64,000 nt of DNA from Macrostomum hystrix (GCA_950097015.1 CATNEN010000019.1:1-64000); one strand, 5' to 3'. Shown: positions 49,801 to 64,000, numbered from the stretch's first letter. Notes: generated from the sequence alone by a model not told the origin. Made by a program: numbers and translations.

Positions 49801-52800
49801 AATTAAAGCACATTTTACGCGCTCAAGAACAGCTTGGCGCGTGCTGCTAAGCAAGGAGTGCGTTTCGCTGCTAATTCAGCACAGAGTATTGGCGCTGATG
49901 GCAATTTGCTGGATTGAAAAATGTGTTTAACATTACCAGCACTCACAGTGTGCAGTAAGATGGCAATGCAGGGCCGACATCGAGCTTGCGCTACACATAA
50001 GTTCCAGCTAGCTTTTCTCATGAATCGTAGTTTGCTGCTTACGAGTAATTAGCACTTAATACAGGCTTTCACAGGTCTAGCTTCTTGCTTGACAATGAAG
50101 AGTTTTAAGAACAATTAAAGCACATTGACCGCGCTCTTGGCAAGTGCTGCTTGCAAGGAGTGCGTTTCGCTGCTTATTCAACACAGAGTATTGGCGCTGA
50201 TGGCAATTTGCTGGATTGAAAAATGTGTTTAACATTACCAGCACTCACAGTGTGCAGTAAGATGGCAATGCAGGAAAAACATCGAAGTGTGCGCTGTATA
50301 TAAGTTCCAGCTAGCTTTTCTCATGAATCGTAGTTTGCTGCTTTATTAGCACTTGATATAGGCTTTCACAGGTCTAGCTTCTTGCTTGACAATGAAGAGT
50401 TTTAAGAACAATTAAAGCACATTTTACGCGCTCAAGAACAGCTTGGCGCGTGCTGCTTGCAAGGAGTGCGTTTCGCTGCTAATTCAGCACAGAGTATTGG
50501 CGCTGAGGGCAATTTGCTGGATTGAAAAATGTGTTTAACATTACCAGCACTCACAGTGTGCAGGAAGATGGCAATGCAGGGCGGACATCGAGCTTGCGCT
50601 ACACATAAGTTCCAGCTAGCTTTTCTCATGAATCGTAGTTTGCTGATTTATTAGCACTTGATATAGGCTTTCACAGGTGTAGCTTCTTGCTTGACAATAA
50701 AAAGTTTTAAGAACAATTAAAGCACATTTTACGCGTTCAAGAACAGCTTGGCGCGTGCTGCTTGCAAGGAGTGCGTTTCGCTGCTAATTCAGCACAGAGT
50801 ATTGGCGATGATGGCAATTTGCTGGATTGAAAAATGTGTTTAACATTACCAGCACTCACAGTGTGCAGGAAGATGGCATTGCAGGGCCGACATCCAGCTT
50901 GCGCTACACATAAGTTCCAGCTAGCTTTTCTCATGAATCGTAGTTTGCTGCTTTATTAGCACTTGATACAGGCTTTCACAGGTCTAGCTTCTTGCTTGAC
51001 AATGAAGAGTTTTAAGAACAATTAAAGCACATTGACCGCGCTCTTGGCGCGTGCTGCTTGCAAGGAGTGCGTTTCGCTGCTAATTCAGCACAGAGTATTG
51101 GCGCTGATGGCAATTTGCTGGATTGAAAAATGTGTTTAACATTACCAGCACTCACAGTGTGCAGGAAGATGGCAATGCAGGGCGGACATCGAGCTTGCGC
51201 TACACATAAGTTCCAGCTAGCTTTTCTCATGAATCGTAGTTTGCTGATTTATTAGCACTTGATATAGGCTTTCACAGGTCTAGCTTCTTGCTTGACAATA
51301 AAGAGTTTTAAGAACAATTAAAGCACATTTTACGCGCTCAAGAACAGCTTGGCGCGTTCTGCTAAGCAAGGAGTGCGTTTCGCTGCTAATTCAGCACAGA
51401 GTATTGGCGCTGATGGCAATTTGCTGGATTGAAAAATGTGTTTAACATTACCAGCACTCACAGTGTGCAGTAAGATGGCAATGCAGGGCCGACATCGAGC
51501 TTGCGCTACACATAAGTTCCAGCTAGCTTTTCTCATGAATCGTAGTTTGCTGCTTAATTAGCACTTAATACAGGCTTTCACAAGTCTAGCTTCTTGCTTG
51601 ACAATGAAGAGTTTTAAGAACAATTAAAGCACATTGACCGCGCTCTTGGCAAGTGCTGCTTGCAAGGAGTGCGTTTCGCTGCTAATTCAGCACAGAGTAT
51701 TGGCGCTGATGGCAATTTGCTGGATTGAAAAATGTGTTTAACATTACCAGCACTCACAGTGTGCAGGAAGATGGCAATGCAGGGCGGACATCGAGCTTGC
51801 GCTACACATAAGTTCCAGCTAGCTTTTCTCATGAATCGTAGTTTGCTGATTTATTAGCACTTGATATAGGCTTTCACAGGTCTAGCTTCTTGCTTGACAA
51901 TAAAGAGTTTTAAGAACAATTAAAGCACATTTTACGCGCTCAAGAACAGCTTGGCGCGTGCTGCTTGCAAGGAGTGCGTTTCGCTGCTAATTCAGCACAG
52001 AGTATTGGCGCTGATGGCAATTTGCTGGATTGAAAAATGTGTTTAACATTACCAGCACTCACAGTGTGCAGGAAGATGGCAATGCAGGGCCGACATCGAG
52101 CTTGCGCTACACATAAGTTCCAGCTAGCTTTTCTCATGAATCGTAGTTTGCTGCTTACGAGTAATTAGCACTTAATACAGGCTTTCACAGGTCTAGCTTC
52201 TTGCTTGACAATGAAGAGTTTTAAGAACAATTAAAGCACATTTTACGCGCTCAAGAACAGCTTGGCGCGTGCTGCTTGCAAGGAGTGCGTTACGCTGCTA
52301 ATTCAGCACAGAGTATTGGCGCTGATGGCAATTTGCTGGATTGAAAAATGTGTTTAACATTACCAGCACTCACAGTGTGCAGGAAGATGGCATTGCAGGG
52401 CCGACATCCAGCTTGCGCTACACATAAGTTCCAGCTAGCTTTTCTCATGAATCGTAGTTTGCTGCTTTATTAGCACTTGATACAGGCTTTCACAGGTCTA
52501 GCTTCTTGCTTGACAATGAAGAGTTTTAAGAACAATTAAAGCACATTGACCGCGCTCTTGGCAAGTGCTGCTTGCAAGGAGTGCGTTTCGCTGCTAATTC
52601 AACACAGAGTATTGGCGCTGATGGCAATTTGCTGGATTGAAAAATGTGTTTAACATTACCAGCACTCACAGTGTGCAGGAAGATGGCAATGAAGGGCCGA
52701 CATCAAGCTTGCGCTTCACATAAGTTCCAGCTAGCTTTTCTCATGAATCGTAGTTTGCTGCTTAATTAGCACTTAATACAGGCTTTCACAGGTCTAGCTT

Positions 52801-55800
52801 TTTGCTTGACAATGAAGAGTTTTAAGAACAATTAAAGCACATTTTACGCGTTCAAGAACAGCTTGGCGCGTGCTGCTTGCAAGGAGTGCGTTTCGCTGCT
52901 AATTCAGCACAGAGTATTGGCGATGATGGCAATTTGCTGGATTGAAAAATGTGTTTAACATTACCAGCACTCACAGTGTGCAGGAAGATGGCAATGCAGG
53001 GCCGACATCGAGCTTGCGCTACACATAAGTTCCAGCTAGCTTTTCTCATGAATCGTAGTTTGCTGCTTTATTAGCACTTGATACAGGCTTTCACAGGTCT
53101 AGCTTCTTGCTTGACAATGAAGAGTTTTAAGAACAATTAAAGCACATTGACCGCGCTCTTGGCGCGTGCTGCTTGCAAGGAGTGCGTTTCGCTGCTAATT
53201 CAGCACAGAGTATTGGCGCTGATGGCAATTTGCTGGATTGAAAAATGTGTTTAACATTACCAGCACTCACAGTGTGCAGGAAGATGGCAATGCAGGGCCG
53301 ACATCGAGCTTGCGCTATATATAAGTTCCAGCTAGCTTTTCTCATGAATCGTAGTATGTTGCTAAAAAAGCACTTAAAACAGGCTTTCACAGGTCTAGCT
53401 TCTTGCTTGACAATGAAGAGTTTTAAGAACAATTAAAGCACATTTTACGCGCTCAAGAACAGCTTGGCGCGTGCTGCTAAGCAAGGAGTGCGTTTCGCTG
53501 CTAATTCAGCACAGAGTATTGGCGCTGATGGCAATTTGCTGGATTGAAAAATGTGTTTAACATTACCAGCACTCACAGTGTGCAGTAAGATGGCAATGCA
53601 GGGCCGACATCGAGCTTGCGCTACACATAAGTTCCAGCTAGCTTTTCTCATGAATCGTAGTTTGCTGCTTAATTAGCACTTAATACAGGCTTTCACAGGT
53701 CTAGCTTCTTGCTTGACAATGAAGAGTTTTAAGAACAATTAAAGCACATTGACCGCGCTCTTGGCAAGTGCTGCTTGCAAGGAGTGCGTTTCGCTGCTTA
53801 TTCAACACAGAGTATTGGCGCTGATGGCAATTTGCTGGATTGAAAAATGTGTTTAACATTACCAGCACTCACAGTGTGCAGGAAGATGGCAATGCAGGGC
53901 GGACATCGAGCTTGCGCTACACATAAGTTCCAGCTAGCTTTTCTCATGAATCGTAGTTTGCTGATTTATTAGCACTTGATATAGGCTTTCACAGGTCTAG
54001 CTTCTTGCTTGACAATGAAGAGTTTTAAGAACAATTAAAGCACATTTTACGCGCTCAAGAACAGCTTGGCGCGTGCTGCTTGCAAGGAGTGCGTTTCGCT
54101 GCTAATTCAGCACAGAGTATTGGCGCTGAGGGCAATTTGCTGGATTGAAAAATGTGTTTAACATTACCAGCACTCACAGTGTGCAGGAAGATGGCAATGC
54201 AGGGCGGACATCGAGCTTGCGCTACACATAAGTTCCAGCTAGCTTTTCTCATGAATCGTAGTTTGCTGATTTATTAGCACTTGATATAGGCTTTCACAGG
54301 TCTAGCTTCTTGCTTGACAATAAAGAGTTTTAAGAACAATTAAAGCACATTTTACGCGCTCAAGAACAGCTTGGCGCGTGCTGCTTGCAAGGAGTGCGTT
54401 TCGCTGCTAATTCAGCACAGAGTATTGGCGCTGATGGCAATTTGCTGGATTGAAAAATGTGTTTAACATTACCAGCACTCACAGTGTGCAGTAAGATGGC
54501 AATGCAGGGCCGACATCGAGCTTGCGCTATATATAAGTTCCAGCTAGCTTTTCTCATGAATCGTAGTATGTTGCTAAAAAAGCACTTAAAACAGGCTTTC
54601 ACAGGTCTAGCTTCTTGCTTGACAATGAAGAGTTTTAAGAACAATTAAAGCACATTGACCGCGCTCAAGAACAGCTTGGCGCGTGCTGCTAAGCAAGGAG
54701 TGCGTTTCGCTGCTAATTCAGCACAGAGTATTGGCGCTGATGGCAATTTGCTGGATTGAAAAATGTGTTTAACATTACCAGCACTCACAGTGTGCAGTAA
54801 GATGGCAATGCAGGGCCGACATCCAGCTTGCGCTACACATAAGTTCCAGCTAGCTTTTCTCATGAATCGTAGTTTGCTGCTTTATTAGCACTTGATACAG
54901 GCTTTCACAGGTCTAGCTTCTTGCTTGACAATGAAGAGTTTTAAGAACAATTAAAGCACATTGACCGCGCTCTTGGCGCGTGCTGCTTGCAAGGAGTGCG
55001 TTTCGCTGCTAATTCAGCACAGAGTATTGGCGCTGATGGCAATTTGCTGGATTGAAAAATGTGTTTAACATTACCAGCACTCACAGTGTGCAGGAAGATG
55101 GCAATGCAGGGAAAACATCGAAGTGTGCGCTGCATATAAGTTCCAGCTAGCTTTTCTCATGAATCGTAGTTTGCTGCTTTATTAGCACTTGATATAGGCT
55201 TTCACAGGTCTAGCTTCTTGATGGACAATGAAGAGTTTTAAGAACAATTAAAGCACCTTTTACGCGCTCAAGAACAGCTTGGCGCGTGCTGCTTGCAAGG
55301 AGTGCGTTTCGCTACTAATTCAGCACAGAGCATTGGCGCTGATGGCAATTTGCTGGATTGAAAAATGTGTTTAACATTACCAGCACTCACAGTGTGCAGG
55401 AAGATGGCAATGAAGGGCCGACATCAAGCTTGCGCTTCACATAAGTTCCAGCTAGCTTTTCTCATGAATCGTAGTTTGCTGCTTAATTAGCACTTAATAC
55501 AGGCTTTCACAGGTCTAGCTTTTTGCTTGACAATGAAGAGTTTTAAGAACAATTAAAGCACATTTTACGCGTTCAAGAACAGCTTGGCGCGTGCTGCTTG
55601 CAAGGAGTGCGTTTCGCTGCTAATTCAGCACAGAGTATTGGCGATGATGGCAATTTGCTGGATTGAAAAATGTGTTTAACATTACCAGCACTCACAGTGT
55701 GCAGGAAGATGGCATTGCAGGGCCGACATCCAGCTTGCGCTACACATAAGTTCCAGCTAGCTTTTCTCATGAATCGTAGTTTGCTGCTTTATTAGCACTT

Positions 55801-58800
55801 GATACAGGCTTTCACAGGTCTAGCTTCTTGCTTGACAATGAAGAGTTTTAAGAACAATTAAAGCACATTGACCGCGCTCTTGGCGCGTGCTGCTTGCAAG
55901 GAGTGCGTTTCGCTGCTAATTCAGCACAGAGTATTGGCGCTGATGGCAATTTGCTGGATTGAAAAATGTGTTTAACATTACCAGCACTCACAGTGTGCAG
56001 GAAGATGGCAATGCAGGGCGGACATCGAGCTTGCGCTACACATAAGTTCCAGCTAGCTTTTCTCATGAATCGTAGTTTGCTGATTTATTAGCACTTGATA
56101 TAGGCTTTCACAGGTCTAGCTTCTTGCTTGACAATAAAGAGTTTTAAGAACAATTAAAGCACATTTTACGCGCTCAAGAACAGCTTGGCGCGTTCTGCTA
56201 AGCAAGGAGTGCGTTTCGCTGCTAATTCAGCACAGAGTATTGGCGCTGATGGCAATTTGCTGGATTGAAAAATGTGTTTAACATTACCAGCACTCACAGT
56301 GTGCAGTAAGATGGCAATGCAGGGCCGACATCGAGCTTGCGCTACACATAAGTTCCAGCTAGCTTTTCTCATGAATCGTAGTTTGCTGCTTAATTAGCAC
56401 TTAATACAGGCTTTCACAAGTCTAGCTTCTTGCTTGACAATGAAGAGTTTTAAGAACAATTAAAGCACATTGACCGCGCTCTTGGCAAGTGCTGCTTGCA
56501 AGGAGTGCGTTTCGCTGCTAATTCAGCACAGAGTATTGGCGCTGATGGCAATTTGCTGGATTGAAAAATGTGTTTAACATTACCAGCACTCACAGTGTGC
56601 AGGAAGATGGCAATGCAGGGCGGACATCGAGCTTGCGCTACACATAAGTTCCAGCTAGCTTTTCTCATGAATCGTAGTTTGCTGATTTATTAGCACTTGA
56701 TATAGGCTTTCACAGGTCTAGCTTCTTGCTTGACAATAAAGAGTTTTAAGAACAATTAAAGCACATTTTACGCGCTCAAGAACAGCTTGGCGCGTGCTGC
56801 TTGCAAGGAGTGCGTTTCGCTGCTAATTCAGCACAGAGTATTGGCGCTGATGGCAATTTGCTGGATTGAAAAATGTGTTTAACATTACCAGCACTCACAG
56901 TGTGCAGGAAGATGGCAATGCAGGGCCGACATCGAGCTTGCGCTACACATAAGTTCCAGCTAGCTTTTCTCATGAATCGTAGTTTGCTGCTTACGAGTAA
57001 TTAGCACTTAATACAGGCTTTCACAGGTCTAGCTTCTTGCTTGACAATGAAGAGTTTTAAGAACAATTAAAGCACATTTTACGCGCTCAAGAACAGCTTG
57101 GCGCGTGCTGCTTGCAAGGAGTGCGTTACGCTGCTAATTCAGCACAGAGTATTGGCGCTGATGGCAATTTGCTGGATTGAAAAATGTGTTTAACATTACC
57201 AGCACTCACAGTGTGCAGGAAGATGGCATTGCAGGGCCGACATCCAGCTTGCGCTACACATAAGTTCCAGCTAGCTTTTCTCATGAATCGTAGTTTGCTG
57301 CTTTATTAGCACTTGATACAGGCTTTCACAGGTCTAGCTTCTTGCTTGACAATGAAGAGTTTTAAGAACAATTAAAGCACATTGACCGCGCTCTTGGCAA
57401 GTGCTGCTTGCAAGGAGTGCGTTTCGCTGCTAATTCAACACAGAGTATTGGCGCTGATGGCAATTTGCTGGATTGAAAAATGTGTTTAACATTACCAGCA
57501 CTCACAGTGTGCAGTAAGATGGCAATGCAGGGCCGACATCGAGCTTGCGCTACACATAAGTTCCAGCTAGTTTTTCTCATGAATCGTAGTTTGCTGCTTA
57601 ATTAGCACTTAATACAGGCTTTCACAGGTCTAGCTTCTTGCTTGACAATGAAGAGTTTTAAGAACAATAAAAGCACATTTTACGCGCTCAAGAACAGCTT
57701 GGCGCGTGCTGCTTGCAAGGAGTGCGTTACGCTGCTAATTCAGCACAGAGTATTGGCGCTGATGGCAATTTGCTGGATTGAAAAATGTGTTTAACATTAC
57801 CAGCACTCACAGTGTGCAGGAAGATGGCATTGCAGGGCCGACATCCAGCTTGCGCTACACATAAGTTCCAGCTAGCTTTTCTCATGAATCGTAGTTTGCT
57901 GCTTTATTAGCACTTAATACAGGCTTTCACAGGTCTAGCTTCTTGCTTGACAATGAAGAGTTTTAAGAACAATAAAAGCACATTTTACGCGCTCAAGAAC
58001 AGCTTGGCGCGTGCTGCTTGCAAGGAGTGCGTTACGCTGCTAATTCAGCACAGAGTATTGGCGCTGATGGCAATTTGCTGGATTGAAAAATGTGTTTAAC
58101 ATTACCAGCACTCACAGTGTGCAGGAAGATGGCATTGCAGGGCCGACATCCAGCTTGCGCTACACATAAGTTCCAGCTAGCTTTTCTCATGAATCGTAGT
58201 TTGCTGCTTTATTAGCACTTGATACAGGCTTTCACAGGTCTAGCTTCTTGCTTGACAATGAAGAGTTTTAAGAACAATTAAAGCACATTGACCGCGCTCT
58301 TGGCAAGTGCTGCTTGCAAGGAGTGCGTTTCGCTGCTAATTCAACACAGAGTATTGGCGCTGATGGCAATTTGCTGGATTGAAAAATGTGTTTAACATTA
58401 CCAGCACTCACAGTGTGCAGTAAGATGGCAATGCAGGGCCGACATCGAGCTTGCGCTACACATAAGTTCCAGCTAGTTTTTCTCATGAATCGTAGTTTGC
58501 TGCTTAATTAGCACTTAATACAGGCTTTCACAGGTCTAGCTTCTTGCTTGACAATGAAGAGTTTTAAGAACAATAAAAGCACATTTTACGCGCTCAAGAA
58601 CAGCTTGGCGCGTGCTGCTTGCAAGGAGTGCGTTACGCTGCTAATTCAGCACAGAGTATTGGCGCTGATGGCAATTTGCTGGATTGAAAAATGTGTTTAA
58701 CATTACCAGCACTCACAGTGTGCAGGAAGATGGCATTGCAGGGCCGACATCCAGCTTGCGCTACACATAAGTTCCAGCTAGCTTTTCTCATGAATCGTAG

Positions 58801-61800
58801 TTTGCTGCTTTATTAGCACTTGATACAGGCTTTCACAGGTCTAGCTTCTTGCTTGACAATGAAGAGTTTTAAGAACAATTAAAGCACATTGACCGCGCTC
58901 TTGGCGCGTGCTGCTTGCAAGGAGTGCGTTTCGCTGCTAATTCAGCACAGAGTATTGGCGCTGATGGCAATTTGCTGGATTGAAAAATGTGTTTAACATT
59001 ACCAGCACTCACAGTGTGCAGGAAGATGGCAATGCAGGGAAAACATCGAAGTGTGCGCTGCATATAAGTTCCAGCTAGCTTTTCTCATGAATCGTAGTTT
59101 GCTGCTTTATTAGCACTTGATATAGGCTTTCACAGGTCTAGCTTCTTGCTTGACAATGAAGAGTTTTAAGAACAATTAAAGCACATTTTACGCGCTCAAG
59201 AACAGCTTGGCGCGTTCTGCTAAGCAAGGAGTGCGTTTCGCTGCTAATTCAGCACAGAGGATTGGCGCTGATGGCAATTTGCTGGATTGAAAAATGTGTT
59301 TAACATTACCAGCACTCACAGTGTGCAGTAAGATGGCAATGCAGGGCCGACATCGAGCTTGAGCTACACATAAGTTCCAGCTAGCTTTTCTCATGAATCG
59401 TAGTTTGCTGCTTAATTAGCACTTAATACAGGCTTTCACAGGTCTAGCTTCTTGCTTGACAATGAAGAGTTTTAAGAACAATTAAAGCACATTGACCGCG
59501 CTCTTGGCAAGTGCTGCTTGCAAGGAGTGCGTTTCGCTGCTAATTCAGCACAGAGTATTGGCGCTGATGGCAATTTGCTGGATTGAAAAATGTGTTTAAC
59601 ATTACCAGCACTCACAGTGTGCAGGAAGATGGCAATGCAGGGCGGACATCGAGCTTGCGCTACACATAAGTTCCAGCTAGCTTTTCTCATGAATCGTAGT
59701 TTGCTGCTTTATTAGCACTTGATATAGGCTATCACAGGTCTAGCTTCTTGCTTGACAATGAAGAGTTTTAAGAACAATTAAAGCACATTTTAAGCGCTCA
59801 AGAACAGCTTGGCGCGTTCTGCTAAGCAAGGAGTGCGTTTCGCTGCTAATTCAGCACAGAGTATTGGCGATGATGGCAATTTGCTGGATTGAAAAATGTG
59901 TTTAACATTACCAGCACTCACAGTGTGCAGGAAGATGGCATTGCAGGGCCGACATCCAGCTTGCGCTACACATAAGTTCCAGCTAGCTTTTCTCATGAAT
60001 CGTAGTTTGCTGCTTTATTAGCACTTGATACAGGCTTTCACAGGTCTAGCTTCTTGCTTGACAATGAAGAGTTTTAAGAACAATTAAAGCACATTGACCG
60101 CGCTCTTGGCGCGTGCTGCTTGCAAGGAGTGCGTTTCGCTGCTAATTCAGCACAGAGTATTGGCGCTGATGGCAATTTGCTGGATTGAAAAATGTGTTTA
60201 ACATTACCAGCACTCACAGTGTGCAGGAAGATGGCAATGCAGGGCGGACATCGAGCTTGCGCTACACATAAGTTCCAGCTAGCTTTTCTCATGAATCGTA
60301 GTTTGCTGATTTATTAGCACTTGATATAGGCTTTCACAGGTCTAGCTTCTTGCTTGACAATAAAGAGTTTTAAGAACAATTAAAGCACATTTTACGCGCT
60401 CAAGAACAGCTTGGCGCGTTCTGCTAAGCAAGGAGTGCGTTTCGCTGCTAATTCAGCACAGAGTATTGGCGCTGATGGCAATTTGCTGGATTGAAAAATG
60501 TGTTTAACATTACCAGCACTCACAGTGTGCAGTAAGATGGCAATGCAGGGCCGACATCGAGCTTGCGCTACACATAAGTTCCAGCTAGCTTTTCTCATGA
60601 ATCGTAGTTTGCTGCTTAATTAGCACTTAATACAGGCTTTCACAAGTCTAGCTTCTTGCTTGACAATGAAGAGTTTTAAGAACAATTAAAGCACATTGAC
60701 CGCGCTCTTGGCAAGTGCTGCTTGCAAGGAGTGCGTTTCGCTGCTAATTCAGCACAGAGTATTGGCGCTGATGGCAATTTGCTGGATTGAAAAATGTGTT
60801 TAACATTACCAGCACTCACAGTGTGCAGGAAGATGGCAATGCAGGGCGGACATCGAGCTTGCGCTACACATAAGTTCCAGCTAGCTTTTCTCATGAATCG
60901 TAGTTTGCTGATTTATTAGCACTTGATATAGGCTTTCACAGGTCTAGCTTCTTGCTTGACAATAAAGAGTTTTAAGAACAATTAAAGCACATTTTACGCG
61001 CTCAAGAACAGCTTGGCGCGTGCTGCTTGCAAGGAGTGCGTTTCGCTGCTAATTCAGCACAGAGTATTGGCGCTGATGGCAATTTGCTGGATTGAAAAAT
61101 GTGTTTAACATTACCAGCACTCACAGTGTGCAGGAAGATGGCAATGCAGGGCCGACATCGAGCTTGCGCTACACATAAGTTCCAGCTAGCTTTTCTCATG
61201 AATCGTAGTTTGCTGCTTACGAGTAATTAGCACTTAATACAGGCTTTCACAGGTCTAGCTTCTTGCTTGACAATGAAGAGTTTTAAGAACAATTAAAGCA
61301 CATTTTACGCGCTCAAGAACAGCTTGGCGCGTGCTGCTTGCAAGGAGTGCGTTACGCTGCTAATTCAGCACAGAGTATTGGCGCTGATGGCAATTTGCTG
61401 GATTGAAAAATGTGTTTAACATTACCAGCACTCACAGTGTGCAGGAAGATGGCATTGCAGGGCCGACATCCAGCTTGCGCTACACATAAGTTCCAGCTAG
61501 CTTTTCTCATGAATCGTAGTTTGCTGCTTTATTAGCACTTGATACAGGCTTTCACAGGTCTAGCTTCTTGCTTGACAATGAAGAGTTTTAAGAACAATTA
61601 AAGCACATTGACCGCGCTCTTGGCAAGTGCTGCTTGCAAGGAGTGCGTTTCGCTGCTAATTCAACACAGAGTATTGGCGCTGATGGCAATTTGCTGGATT
61701 GAAAAATGTGTTTAACATTACCAGCACTCACAGTGTGCAGTAAGATGGCAATGCAGGGCCGACATCGAGCTTGCGCTACACATAAGTTCCAGCTAGTTTT

Positions 61801-64000
61801 TCTCATGAATCGTAGTTTGCTGCTTAATTAGCACTTAATACAGGCTTTCACAGGTCTAGCTTCTTGCTTGACAATGAAGAGTTTTAAGAACAATAAAAGC
61901 ACATTTTACGCGCTCAAGAACAGCTTGGCGCGTGCTGCTTGCAAGGAGTGCGTTACGCTGCTAATTCAGCACAGAGTATTGGCGCTGATGGCAATTTGCT
62001 GGATTGAAAAATGTGTTTAACATTACCAGCACTCACAGTGTGCAGTAAGATGGCAATGCAGGGCCGACATCGAGCTTGCGCTACACATAAGTTCCAGCTA
62101 GTTTTTCTCATGAATCGTAGTTTGCTGCTTAATTAGCACTTAATACAGGCTTTCACAGGTCTAGCTTCTTGCTTGACAATGAAGAGTTTTAAGAACAATA
62201 AAAGCACATTTTACGCGCTCAAGAACAGCTTGGCGCGTGCTGCTTGCAAGGAGTGCGTTACGCTGCTAATTCAGCACAGAGTATTGGCGCTGATGGCAAT
62301 TTGCTGGATTGAAAAATGTGTTTAACATTACCAGCACTCACAGTGTGCAGGAAGATGGCATTGCAGGGCCGACATCCAGCTTGCGCTACACATAAGTTCC
62401 AGCTAGCTTTTCTCATGAATCGTAGTTTGCTGCTTTATTAGCACTTGATACAGGCTTTCACAGGTCTAGCTTCTTGCTTGACAATGAAGAGTTTTAAGAA
62501 CAATTAAAGCACATTGACCGCGCTCTTGGCGCGTGCTGCTTGCAAGGAGTGCGTTTCGCTGCTAATTCAGCACAGAGTATTGGCGCTGATGGCAATTTGC
62601 TGGATTGAAAAATGTGTTTAACATTACCAGCACTCACAGTGTGCAGGAAGATGGCAATGCAGGGAAAACATCGAAGTGTGCGCTGCATATAAGTTCCAGC
62701 TAGCTTTTCTCATGAATCGTAGTTTGCTGCTTTATTAGCACTTGATATAGGCTTTCACAGGTCTAGCTTCTTGCTTGACAATGAAGAGTTTTAAGAACAA
62801 TTAAAGCACATTTTACGCGCTCAAGAACAGCTTGGCGCGTTCTGCTAAGCAAGGAGTGCGTTTCGCTGCTAATTCAGCACAGAGGATTGGCGCTGATGGC
62901 AATTTGCTGGATTGAAAAATGTGTTTAACATTACCAGCACTCACAGTGTGCAGTAAGATGGCAATGCAGGGCCGACATCGAGCTTGAGCTACACATAAGT
63001 TCCAGCTAGCTTTTCTCATGAATCGTAGTTTGCTGCTTAATTAGCACTTAATACAGGCTTTCACAGGTCTAGCTTCTTGCTTGACAATGAAGAGTTTTAA
63101 GAACAATTAAAGCACATTGACCGCGCTCTTGGCAAGTGCTGCTTGCAAGGAGTGCGTTTCGCTGCTAATTCAGCACAGAGTATTGGCGCTGATGGCAATT
63201 TGCTGGATTGAAAAATGTGTTTAACATTACCAGCACTCACAGTGTGCAGGAAGATGGCAATGCAGGGCGGACATCGAGCTTGCGCTACACATAAGTTCCA
63301 GCTAGCTTTTCTCATGAATCGTAGTTTGCTGCTTTATTAGCACTTGATATAGGCTATCACAGGTCTAGCTTCTTGCTTGACAATGAAGAGTTTTAAGAAC
63401 AATTAAAGCACATTTTAAGCGCTCAAGAACAGCTTGGCGCGTTCTGCTAAGCAAGGAGTGCGTTTCGCTGCTAATTCAGCACAGAGTATTGGCGATGATG
63501 GCAATTTGCTGGATTGAAAAATGTGTTTAACATTACCAGCACTCACAGTGTGCAGGAAGATGGCATTGCAGGGCCGACATCCAGCTTGCGCTACACATAA
63601 GTTCCAGCTAGCTTTTCTCATGAATCGTAGTTTGCTGCTTTATTAGCACTTGATACAGGCTTTCACAGGTCTAGCTTCTTGCTTGACAATGAAGAGTTTT
63701 AAGAACAATTAAAGCACATTGACCGCGCTCTTGGCGCGTGCTGCTTGCAAGGAGTGCGTTTCGCTGCTAATTCAGCACAGAGTATTGGCGCTGATGGCAA
63801 TTTGCTGGATTGAAAAATGTGTTTAACATTACCAGCACTCACAGTGTGCAGGAAGATGGCAATGCAGGGCGGACATCGAGCTTGCGCTACACATAAGTTC
63901 CAGCTAGCTTTTCTCATGAATCGTAGTTTGCTGATTTATTAGCACTTGATATAGGCTTTCACAGGTCTAGCTTCTTGCTTGACAATAAAGAGTTTTAAGA
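34864..64000. repeat. Satellite DNA array, ~305-bp monomer (296-bp deletion variant), ~96 copies, continuing past the window end
   Basis: Head-to-tail monomers throughout. The recurring 65-aa track ORFs step by 305 nt (e.g. 34977, 35282; 38005, 38310, 38615). Confidence 0.98.

Noticed and set aside
34977-63917. Dozens of 61-101 aa ORFs (MRKASWNLC..., MCLTLPAL...) as a tandem gene family
   Set aside because: They are translations of the satellite monomer. Starts, stops and frames change freely with monomer variants, and no domain is recognisable.
627-64000. CRISPR array interpretation of the many tandem repeats
   Set aside because: Units are head-to-tail with no unique spacers, there are no cas genes, and the context is a spliceosomal-intron eukaryote.

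Overview
Eukaryotic (metazoan) genomic DNA, not prokaryotic. The first ~34.8 kb is gene-dense: GC-rich exons with GT-AG introns, most of the longer introns filled by their own minisatellite. The remaining ~29 kb (34864 to the window end) is one tandem satellite array of about 96 ~305-bp monomers with nested higher-order repeats. Confident genes: casein kinase 1 alpha (minus, 5 exons), an RNF19-type RBR E3 ligase (plus, 4 exons) and an intronless calmodulin-like EF-hand protein. Reconstructed with less certainty from splice-phase logic: a secreted C-type-lectin-like gene (minus, truncated by the window edge), a 165-aa basic orphan with an RFX X-box 41 nt upstream of its ATG, a multi-exon orphan (minus, 18.1-23.5 kb), a 510-aa low-complexity intronless ORF, and a small ATG-bearing exon just before the satellite. 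A 278-bp MITE (14-bp TIRs, 8-bp TSD) lies upstream of CK1 alpha. The style (minisatellite-packed introns, poly-Ala/Gly GC-rich exons) resembles the flatworm Macrostomum, but that is inference only. Most long ORFs in the ORF track are by-products of repeats. I found no CRISPR array, RNA gene or autonomous transposon. The most unusual signals are a minisatellite built from a 3' splice site, a repeat built from a stop-codon region, a possible satellite-filled giant intron, and the nested satellite higher-order structure. All coordinates were read by eye and repeat boundaries are approximate.
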